Positions 19,679-27,981 of a DNA stretch of 64,000 nt are shown in pieces (position 1 is the first letter of the stretch; every line of letters starts with the position of its first letter). The translations under genes were made by a program, and so were the position numbers. Source of the stretch: Myxococcales bacterium (GTDB taxonomy: Bacteria; Myxococcota_A; UBA9042; JABWCM01; BTVJ01); contig BTVJ01000001.1 of assembly GCA_045863395.1 (NCBI GenBank), positions 288,001 to 352,000 of the forward strand, in the 5' to 3' direction. The notes beneath the pieces were generated by a model. The model was given only the letters and a program-made list of their open reading frames with translations. It did not search any database and was not told the DNA's origin.

Positions 19679-20067
19679 TCAGTGCGTCGCGCCGCGCTCC
19701 GCCAGCGCGTGCGACAGAAACAGCAGCCCCGTGGCGTGGACGACCCGCTCGATGCGGATCTCCTGCAGCACGTGCGCGCGCTGGGCATCCGAGAAGGTTG
19801 CGACCGTGGCGCGGAGCTGCGCCAGCTCGCTGCCACCGGCCTCCATCACGGCCTCGGCCCAGCCCAGCGCCGCCGCCACCCCGGTGGAGCGGCCGGCCGC
19901 CTGACCATGGATCGCCCCCTCCGCGGCCGCCGCGTCGATTCCCGCCATGGGGGCCAACTTCGGGAACAGCGCCCGGCACACGGGGCACCCGAGCAGCCTC
20001 GACATGCGCAGGAAGAAGGCGACGCGTCGCTGCCTCGACGCGCCCCTCCCCTACGAAGCCCCTCAGG
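19679..20067 (-). pseudogene. 5'-truncated, frameshifted copy of the AhpD-like gene at 27327-27818
   Basis: LLGCPVCRALFPKLAPMAGIDAAAAE retained; 2-bp deletion near 20025; 5' end absent. Confidence 0.85.
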
Positions 20068-20424
20068 TCCACGCCCGGGACGTTGCCCGCGCCGAAGATG
20101 ACCGGGATATCGTTGTCGACGGCGGCACTCTGAACTTCGGACCAGTTCGCGGTGACCTCAGGCGCCGGTGCATAACAACCCGATTCATCGAGGGTCACGA
20201 TGCGCCCCGCTGGCAGTCTGGTGAGCCCGCAGGCACGGCTTTGTCCTTCCAACCGTCCGATCTCCGGCGCCCAGGCCGCGGGCTGAGACGCCCCGGGTCC
20301 CGGCGTCCGGACAGACCACGCGAACGCCGCCCCGGACTCCCACACCGTCACGCACTCCGTCCTCTTGGGAGATGCGAAGGGTGCCGACCTGAGCACCGCG
20401 TGTCAGGCCCCCGCCTGCCCCGCC
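20066..20424. pseudogene. Two fragments of the 3' end of the beta-helix lipoprotein gene (29471-30958), the second one inverted
   Basis: 20066-20159 matches about 29581-29674 in the same orientation; about 20244-20424 matches the reverse complement of about 29675-29857. Confidence 0.8.
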
Positions 20425-20620
20425 AAGGCGCCCGTGCACAACAACCTGTGCCATTCGGGCCACGCTGCATCCCGACTGGTAGCCTGGCGAGGCATCGGGG
20501 AGCCGTCACGCGGACGTGGAAGCGCGGACGCGGGACGCGGGGACGCAGCATGGCGGGGCTGCCGAGCCTGGACCAGGCGGCTCCGCCAGCCCTGGCCGTC
20601 GCAGTCGCACCAGATCCCCG

Positions 20621-20719
20621 GGCCAGGACGAGTGTCGCGCCTGGACGATCAAGCGCAGCAGTCGCGCACAGGACGTCGCCGGCAAGATCCACAGCGACAT
20701 CGCGCGAGGCTTCATCCGA
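20621..20719 (+). pseudogene. ychF: Fragment of the ychF C-terminal (TGS) coding region
   Basis: Translates as [33 protein letters not shown], matching the conserved YchF E.RAWTI..G..A..AAGKIHSD..RGFIRAE motif. Confidence 0.75.
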
Positions 20720-20853
20720 CTGTGGCCTCCCACCCTTGCCGCCCTGACGCGCCACGGCGCTGCCGGTACGCAGCTTCCGGGGCGATACGCGGACACCGTG
20801 CGAAGGCCGGAAAGAATAGAATGCAACCGCCAAACAAGGGACGAAATTCGGCC

Positions 20854-20882
20854 TTGCCACGGCGTGCGTCCGGTGCTAGTCT
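20854..20882 (+). promoter_or_regulatory. Sigma70-type promoter for the islet operon
   Basis: TTGCCA-N17-TAGTCT with extended TG; AAGGAGG RBS at 20918-20924 precedes ATG 20930. Confidence 0.6.
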
Positions 20883-20929
20883 TCCAGACCGTCGACAGTC
20901 CAAACTCCCCCAGATTGAAGGAGGCATCC

Positions 20930-23168
20930 ATGTCCCCCCCCCCCCCCCGCCCTGCGCGTCTGGATAGGTCCAGCCGTAGTGCTCATCGTCGTGGCCAACT
21001 GGAGTGACAAGACCCGTGCGAGTGAGCCCAAGTGGACCGAGGTCGAGTCGACAGAAGTCACGCCGGCCGCAAAGGGCGCTGTCGTCGAAGTGGCCCTGAC
21101 TCGTGTCGCCGATGTCGCACAGAAGCTCACCGTAACGGCGCGGGCCAGCACCGGATGGACGTGCAAGGTCGGTGCTGGCGTTGAGGCGCTGGGGACCACC
21201 ACCAAGATTGACGCCATTGCTGGCGCGCCGATCCCGACCCTGATGGTATCACTCGAGCCAACCAACCCGGATGAGAACTTCGACAAGCCGTTCGTCGTCG
21301 TAGACCTGGTCGTCGAGGATGACGCACGCGACCAACGGACCTCCGTGAACCGAATCTTCCTGGTCGACAAGAGTGGCGTGCTCTCGACCACGAGCTACAA
21401 TGCTTATCTGGCAGGGCTGAGCGCAGGAACTGCGGGCGCTTACGCCATCGTGACGCCCGGCTTTTGGGGGCTGGCGCGACAGGAGCTCCAGAACGTCCCC
21501 CCGTGGGAGAATCCGGAGCTGCCAAAGGGCGACTGGGAGCAGCACGCGACGGGTACCGGAAAGCCGAGCGTGGAGACTGCGGCCGTCAGCTCCGCCCTGA
21601 CACAGGGATCCGCGAACGAGTCGACTTCGGGAGCGAGGGACGCGGGCGATGCGATGGGCTGCGCCGCGTCGGGCGGTTCTTCCGGCGGCACCATCCCCTT
21701 CGCCCTTCTCCTCCTCGGCTTGACGTGGAGCTGCCGGAGGCCGCGCCGATTGACAGGCCTCGCACCGGTCATGACGGCCATGCTGATCACGGGAGTGCTC
21801 GGCGGAGCACGAACAGCCCGGGCATCGAGCTGCTACTACTACGGCTACCTCACATTCTGGGATTCGAGAGGCTCGAACTTGCGAGTCGACGAGGCGGGCA
21901 ACCGCCTGGGCGCCTGCGAACCCGCGTTCACATCCTGCAACAGCTTCACACCAGGCTGTTGCTTCGCCGGTATCCCGAACGTCACGATTCACTTGCACAA
22001 GGACAGCCTCAATCCGAACAACATCGTGGCCACCAGCCAGACGGGCAACACCGGGTACTTCCTGCTGGAAGACGCGAACTGCAACCCTTCGGGGGTGCAC
22101 TATCTCAGCGTGGAGTATAGCCGCACCGGCTCACCTGCGACGCAGATCATCACGACAAGTCAATATGGATCGACCGCCTATCGGACGGCGCTCGGAACCC
22201 CGCTCACCGGAACAGCGACGTGGAACTACCTGCCAAACGTGTCCGTGAACAACGCCAACGACACGAACTCATCCACTGGAAATGTAGCGACTACTTGGGC
22301 GACCAGCTACCTGACGTTCAAGTCCCTCGACGCCGAGGGCGAGACACGATACCGCCGCTCCTACGGCAGCAGCAATACCTACGACCTCGTGTTGATGAGG
22401 AACTACCAAGTACCAAAGTCGCAGGCTCTCTGCGGCAGCGAAACCATAGAGATCGACGTTGGTGACGAACGTACCGACACGCCGTCTCATGAGTTCGGAC
22501 ACTCGTTGCACGGGCGCGTGGTCGGCTGCAACGGCGCTCAGCCTGCGTTCCCCGCCGGAGCGTCGAGTTGGGACTGGTCTGGCGGGTCTGAGGGACGAGC
22601 GATCAAGGAGGCGGTGGGAAGCCTCGTGGCGCAGCTCGCGTTCTGGGACCCTTCGACAACGGAGATCCCATCTTTCACGTCCCGGTACCCGTGCTGGGAC
22701 ATGAGCTGGAACACCAATGCCAACGACGCGTCCGTCTCCCGAAACGTCTGGTACGGGCTGTGGGAATATATCGACACCAGCACCAACAATGCGGACAGCT
22801 TCGCTGACTACGTTGACCTGACCCTGAAGGATCTTTTTGATGCCATGGTGCTGTGGCAAGCGTCTCCGGCGCAGAACGGGGTGAACCGGTCATCCGCCGA
22901 GTGGTTCTATACGGCGACAGCGCAGTCCTGCGCTTCCCATCAGGCCTGCTGCGACTACTCCGGCTGCCCCTACCCGGGATCCGTGTGCGAGAACGGCGTT
23001 TGCCAGATTGGCGACCCGCATGGAAACAACGTTCGCGATTGGGTATACTGGATGGCGGTGCAGCAGGGGGCCGGCGAGACGAACTATGCAAGAACGCTCC
23101 CTTCGTCGCCGTGTCTCGGCGTCGAGGACAACACGTGGCCCTTCAACGGCGGCTTCCGGCTTGACTAG
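20930..23168 (+). CDS. Secreted multidomain protein with internal MYXO-CTERM, second signal peptide and HExxH zinc metallopeptidase domain; frameshifted at the poly-C tract (in-frame GTG at 20979)
   Basis: 729-aa open frame from 20979; [29 protein letters not shown] at 22488-22502 followed by EGRAIKEA. Confidence 0.75.
20934..20948 (+). repeat. C15 homopolymer just after the start codon (putative slipped-strand switch)
   Basis: ATG-T-C15; C14 would join ATG 20930 in frame to the long ORF. Confidence 0.8.
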
Positions 23169-23177
23169 GCATCCGCA

Positions 23178-24482
23178 ATGATCGGTCACGATAGGCAGTG
23201 CCTCCTGCACTCTGCCATCATGCTTGTCGCACTTGCTGGATGCGGCGCGTGCGCTGACGCCAGGGGGCCATCGGGTCCCCCAGCATCGTCGCCCTCGGAC
23301 GTCTCACGCGCCAATCTGGACGACGCCCTCTTGCATGATGCTCCCGGCGCTGAGGCAGCAGCATGCTTCACCAATTGTCTGAATCGGACGTGCGGCGACG
23401 ACGGTTGCGGTGGGATCTGCGGGGCCTGCGCGCCGGGGCAGGCATGTCACGGCGGGGCCTGCGCCTGCGAGCCTCGGTGCAGGAAGGACGACGGGAGGTG
23501 CGGGATCGACGGGTGTGGCGGATACTGCCAATGCGCTCCGGGGCGAATCTGCGACGAGGTGGCGGGGGCGTGCCTGGAGCCCGCCGCGTCGTGCAAGGCG
23601 GGCTTCTGTATCATCCCCGCGGGGAGCTTCATCATGGGAGGCCTCGGAGTCGAGGCACCGAAGAACGAGATCCCGCGGCACCCCGTGATCTTGACGCGGT
23701 CCTACGAGATACAGCAGACCGAGACCACCCAGGCGCTCTGGATGGAGGTGACGGACACGGACGTGAACCCGTCGATCTTCGCCGCCTGTGGGCCCGACTG
23801 CCCGGTGACGAATCTGACGTTCTTCGACGCGCTCCTCTTCGCGAACGCGATGAGCGCGAAGGCGGGGCTGCCGCCGTGCTACGAGTTGGTGGAGTGCCAG
23901 GAGCTGTTCGAGGGGTTCGGCGCGGAGTGCGAGGCCGCCCAGTTCGCCGGCCCGGATTGTCCCGGCTACAGACTGCCGTCGGAGGCTGAATGGGAGATGG
24001 CCGCGCGCGCCGGGTCCCACACGTGCTTCCCCGACGGGCAGGATCAGACGGGACCGTGGAGCTGCCACCCGAAGGAGCCGCTGGTCGAGACGGGGTGGTT
24101 CTGTGCCAACAGCGACGTCTCCTTTGCGGGCTGCGTGACGTGCGTCGACGCGCACCCGTCCGCGTTCTGGAACACTTGCTGCGGGCCTCACCCGGTCGCC
24201 GGAAAGGCGCCGAACGCCTATGGGCTGTTCGACACGAGCGGGAACGTCGGGGAGATCACCGGAACGGTCTTCGAGGAGACCGGGCCAAGCGATCTCGAAG
24301 TGGACCCTGGATTCTCTGAACCGTTCAGGGCGGGGCAGACCTTCTCTCTCCGTGGAGGATCGTTCGCATGGGGCAACACCGGTTGCTGCTCGACTACGCG
24401 CCTGGCCATCGGCATGAACTATCAGTCGATCGCGGCCGGTGTTGTCGGTATCCGGCTCGCGCGCACATTGGACCTGCCATGA
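23178..24482 (+). CDS. Formylglycine-generating enzyme (SUMF1/FGE-sulfatase) domain lipoprotein with Cys-rich N-terminal repeats
   Basis: LAGC lipobox; CGDDGCGGICG; IPAGSFIMG, YRLPSEAEWEMAARAG, NAYGLFDTSGNV.E, RGGSF, GIRLAR. Confidence 0.88.
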   Translation: MIGHDRQCLLHSAIMLVALAGCGACADARGPSGPPASSPSDVSRANLDDALLHDAPGAEAAACFTNCLNRTCGDDGCGGICGACAPGQACHGGACACEPRCRKDDGRCGIDGCGGYCQCAPGRICDEVAGACLEPAASCKAGFCIIPAGSFIMGGLGVEAPKNEIPRHPVILTRSYEIQQTETTQALWMEVTDTDVNPSIFAACGPDCPVTNLTFFDALLFANAMSAKAGLPPCYELVECQELFEGFGAECEAAQFAGPDCPGYRLPSEAEWEMAARAGSHTCFPDGQDQTGPWSCHPKEPLVETGWFCANSDVSFAGCVTCVDAHPSAFWNTCCGPHPVAGKAPNAYGLFDTSGNVGEITGTVFEETGPSDLEVDPGFSEPFRAGQTFSLRGGSFAWGNTGCCSTTRLAIGMNYQSIAAGVVGIRLARTLDLP

Positions 24483-24496
24483 GGGAGGCCGCGGAT

Positions 24497-26278
24497 ATGA
24501 CGAATGTCGACCTGCCCTTCTTACAACGGCTCCGCCCGGTCATTATTGCGTGGGGGATGGCGGTCCTCTGTGCCGGATGCACGACTCAGTCGGGGCACGC
24601 TGTCGCGCCGGCCCCGCAGGTGACCTCAGTGCTCGGCGCAATGAGCGTGGACCCGAGCTGTGTGGTCGTGATCGAAATCGGCACGAACGCGAAGGATAGC
24701 AAGCTCGGGGCAGCGCTGGCGGCGGGCCGGGACGTCGATGGCGACGGAGTCGCGGACATCGTCGCCGGGGCACCGGGGGCAGAGAGCCTCCACGGCGGAA
24801 TCGCGTTGCTTCTTGGCTGGGGCCCCGACGGAGCCCCGTCGTCGACCTGGCTTGGCGGCGACGAGCTGGACCTCGGATACCCGAGCGGCTATGGACACGG
24901 CGTCGCCCTCGGAGACTTCGATGGGGACGGGTACGCCGACGCGGCCGTGGGGGCGCCGTTTCACTCCGGCGGGGCCAAGAAGGGCTCCCTTGTGGTCCAT
25001 GCCGGAGGCCCGACGGGTCTCTCCGCCACGCCGTCCATGGTGATCAGCGGGGGCGCCATTGGGATTGGAGGCTCGATGGCCGGCGCCGATGTCAATGGAG
25101 ACGGCTTCGACGATCTGGTCGTGTCGGGATCGGGGGACGACCCCATCGCGCACGCTTCGCTCTACCTCGGAGCGGCCGGCGGCCTCAGCGCGAAGCCCTC
25201 ATGGACCTATCTCGGAGGCGCAGTGAACTCCATCCTCGACATCGCGGTGGCTGGGGTGGGCGACGTCAACCACGATGGCTACGACGACGTGGCGGTCGTC
25301 ATGGCACACGGTCGAGCGAAGCTGTTTCTCGGCACGAGCGATGGCCTGGAGGCAGAGCCTGCCTGGGAGGACTCATCGGCAGCCCCCTTCGAGCTGTCTG
25401 TCGCTGCGGCCGGAGATGTGGACGGCGACGGGGTGGCGGATGTGCTGGTCGGCAACCGGCGCTTCGAGGGTCCACCCGGGGAGGGATCAAGAACCACGAA
25501 CGCGGTCGGCCGCGTCGCGCTCTACCGAGGGACCCCAGCGGGCCTCGAGCAGGAGCCTTTCTGGACGTATGTCGGGACCGTGGAAGACGAAGAACTCGGC
25601 ACCTCCGTGGGGGCAGCGGGGGACTTCAACGGGGACGGCTACGGCGACTTCCTCGTCGGGGCCCCGAGGTACGACGTCGACGATCCGGGCCAACCGCAGG
25701 AGGGGCGCGTGCTGCTCTTCCTCGGTGGACCGGACGGACCTGGCACGGCGCCTGCCGTCGTGGTGGAGGGCAACGCCTGGGTGGCCAAACTGGGTGAGAC
25801 GGTCGCCGCGGCGGACGTCGATGGTGACGGACGGAGCGACATCATTGCCGGAGCTCCCGGGGCATTCTTCGGTCGGGGAGCGCTCTACGTGGCGACCGCT
25901 GCCGCCATCGACTCCTGCAACACGAGTGTCGGAGACGGCAACGTGGAGACAGGGGATGGTGAGGGAGCGGACGCCAGCGGGGACTCCGGCGTCATGCCGG
26001 GCGAAGACGCCATCGACGCTTCCATCGACGGCGACGCCACCAACACCCTGGACGGGGACGGCGGAGCGATGGGGCCCCTCGATGCGGTTGTCGCGGAAGA
26101 CTCCGGGCGGGTCCGTGACCACACTCCAGCCGGCGATGACGAGCCACAAAGCTCCGGCGCCGCATCGGGGGGCTGCGGCGGCTGTTCGGCGAGCGGGGCG
26201 ACGGAGCCGGGCTGGCTCTGGCTCGCAGCCCTCCTGCTCCTGCTACGGATGCGTCGTCGCCCCGCACGCTCGGTCTGA
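24497..26278 (+). CDS. FG-GAP (integrin alpha-like) repeat protein with C-terminal MYXO-CTERM
   Basis: Repeated GDVDGDGxxDxxVGAP units; GGCGGCSASG..WLWLAALLLLLRMRRR; GGGAGG RBS (alternative start 24479). Confidence 0.88.
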   Translation: MTNVDLPFLQRLRPVIIAWGMAVLCAGCTTQSGHAVAPAPQVTSVLGAMSVDPSCVVVIEIGTNAKDSKLGAALAAGRDVDGDGVADIVAGAPGAESLHGGIALLLGWGPDGAPSSTWLGGDELDLGYPSGYGHGVALGDFDGDGYADAAVGAPFHSGGAKKGSLVVHAGGPTGLSATPSMVISGGAIGIGGSMAGADVNGDGFDDLVVSGSGDDPIAHASLYLGAAGGLSAKPSWTYLGGAVNSILDIAVAGVGDVNHDGYDDVAVVMAHGRAKLFLGTSDGLEAEPAWEDSSAAPFELSVAAAGDVDGDGVADVLVGNRRFEGPPGEGSRTTNAVGRVALYRGTPAGLEQEPFWTYVGTVEDEELGTSVGAAGDFNGDGYGDFLVGAPRYDVDDPGQPQEGRVLLFLGGPDGPGTAPAVVVEGNAWVAKLGETVAAADVDGDGRSDIIAGAPGAFFGRGALYVATAAAIDSCNTSVGDGNVETGDGEGADASGDSGVMPGEDAIDASIDGDATNTLDGDGGAMGPLDAVVAEDSGRVRDHTPAGDDEPQSSGAASGGCGGCSASGATEPGWLWLAALLLLLRMRRRPARSV

Positions 26279-26293
26279 CGGCACGCACCCTTG

Positions 26294-26313
26294 CCCGGCA
26301 ACCATGCCGGGCG
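26294..26313 (+). terminator. GC stem-loop after the FG-GAP gene
   Basis: GCCCGGCA-ACCA-TGCCGGGC; no U-tract. Confidence 0.35.
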
Positions 26314-26376
26314 ACCAGGGCACCTGCGCCCCGGCCCTCCCCAGCTCGTTCGTCCAGATGCGTTCGCCACACCCTG

Positions 26377-26609
26377 GACGAGCCCACGGGCAACCTGGAC
26401 CCACGCACGGCGGGTGAGGTGCTCGACCAGCTCCTCGCCACCGTCGCGGCCCACGGCACTACGCTCGTGACGGTCACCCACGATGAGGAGGTCGCCGGCC
26501 GCATGCAGCGCCAGATCCGCATCGTGGACGGCCGCATCGCGTAGCGGGCCGACGCCCGAGCCGGCGCCGCCTCGCCCTCCCACCCGGGGTCAGCGCGCCG
26601 CGCGGCCCA
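26377..26609 (+). repeat. 233-bp exact direct repeat, copy 2 (orphan ybbA 3' fragment 26377-26544)
   Basis: Identical to 19095-19327; begins mid-gene at DEPTGNLD. Confidence 0.95.
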
Positions 26610-27312
26610 TGGTGCGGCGCAGGGCCAGGACCTGCTGGAGGTTGGCGAGGACCGTGCGGACGTTACGCACCTTGGACTGGCCGCCCAGGCGCGGGCGCAG
26701 CTCCGTCGGCTCGTTGACCCACCGGTGGCCACCGCGGTCGGCCTTGAGGATCAGCTCCATCAGCACGGTCCAGCCGCGGCCCCCTTGGGTGCGGAGCTCC
26801 ACGGTGTCGAAGAGGGCGCGCCGGAACATCAGCGCACCTTGGAACCGGGGGAAGGTGCCGAACAGCACCCGAAAGAGGAGCCGCTCTGCGGCTGACAGGG
26901 CTTTGGCGAGGAGCGGTGCAGGCCGGTCGGGCAGATAGCCGAGGACCAGGTCCGCCTCGGCCATGCGCGGCAGGAAGCGTTCGATCACGGCGGGGGAGAT
27001 CTCGCCATCGGCGGGCAGGAAGATCACGCACTCACAGCGCGCCTCGCGGAAGCCGGTCTGGTAGACCGCGCCGAGGCCCTGGTTCGGGGCGTGATGGACG
27101 GCGCGAACGCCGAGGAGCTCGCCCGCGAGGCGGTCCGCCAGGGGTCCCGTCCCGTCGGTGCTCCCATCGTCGATGATCACGACCTCCCACGCCGGAGCGC
27201 AGCGCAGAAGGACGGCGCACGCCTCCCGGACGACCGGCTCCAGGCCCGTGACCTCGTTGTAGGCCATGATCAGCGCCGACACGCTGGGCGTCGCCACTTC
27301 GCCGCTCTGCAC
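26590..27312 (-). CDS. Glycosyltransferase family 2 (DPM1-like)
   Basis: IMAYNE, IIDDGSTDGT, HAPNQGLG, PADGE; GAGGAGG RBS before GTG. Confidence 0.9.
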   Translation of the reverse strand: MQSGEVATPSVSALIMAYNEVTGLEPVVREACAVLLRCAPAWEVVIIDDGSTDGTGPLADRLAGELLGVRAVHHAPNQGLGAVYQTGFREARCECVIFLPADGEISPAVIERFLPRMAEADLVLGYLPDRPAPLLAKALSAAERLLFRVLFGTFPRFQGALMFRRALFDTVELRTQGGRGWTVLMELILKADRGGHRWVNEPTELRPRLGGQSKVRNVRTVLANLQQVLALRRTMGRAAR

Positions 27313-27326
27313 GCGGGCCTCCTCGG

Positions 27327-27818
27327 TCAGTGCGTCGCGGCGCGCTCCACCATCGCGCGCGGCAGGAAGAGCAGGCCCGTGGCGTGGACGACGCGCTCGA
27401 TGCGGATCGCCTGCAGCAGGTGCGCGCGCTGGGCGTCCGAGAGGGCAGCGGCCGCGGTGGGGACCTGCGCCGGCTCGTCGCCGCCGGCCTCCATCACGGC
27501 CTCGGCCCAGGCCAGCGCCGCCGCGGCTTCGGCGGGGAGGCCGGCCGCCTCTCCGTGGATCGCCCGCTCCGCGGCCGCCGCGTCGATGCCCGCCATGGGC
27601 GCGAGCTTCGGGAACAGCGCCCGGCACACGGGGCAGCCGAGCAGCTTCGACATGCGCAGGAAGAAGGCGACGCGCGTCGCCGGCTCGACGCGGCCCTCCC
27701 CCACGAAGCCCCCCAGGAACTCGGGGAGCCCCCGCACCGCGCGCGGCCCTTGTGCGGCGGCCTCACGGGCGAGGAAGGAGAGGGTGTAGGGTCCCGGGAG
27801 CTGGTCTGTGTTCGTCAT
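27327..27818 (-). CDS. AhpD/carboxymuconolactone decarboxylase-like protein
   Basis: Helical protein with GCPVC and AAALAWAEA; AGGAG RBS. Confidence 0.6.
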   Translation of the reverse strand: MTNTDQLPGPYTLSFLAREAAAQGPRAVRGLPEFLGGFVGEGRVEPATRVAFFLRMSKLLGCPVCRALFPKLAPMAGIDAAAAERAIHGEAAGLPAEAAAALAWAEAVMEAGGDEPAQVPTAAAALSDAQRAHLLQAIRIERVVHATGLLFLPRAMVERAATH

Positions 27819-27981
27819 GGTCGGCTCCTGTGCGAGGGGGCGCCCGGCGGGGGCGCCGGGGCGGACTCTACGCCCGCCCGCGGCGCGTAGACAAGTGGTC
27901 GTGATGGCGGGACTTCGGACGTGACGCACCCCCCGGGACGTGATACTTGCTGCCCAGGCATATCCCGCCAAGGAGGCTCTG

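Larger units (their letters stand above)
19095..26609. mobile_element. Putative genomic islet bounded by 233-bp direct repeats; no integrase or transposase inside
   Basis: Flanking exact repeats, pseudogene debris, visibly AT-richer cargo genes. Confidence 0.65.

Noticed and set aside
19328..27720. Diverged repeat pair near an FGE-sulfatase gene read as a DGR template/variable repeat
   Set aside because: Mismatches are not adenine-specific, the FGE 3' end has no second copy, and no reverse transcriptase is in the window
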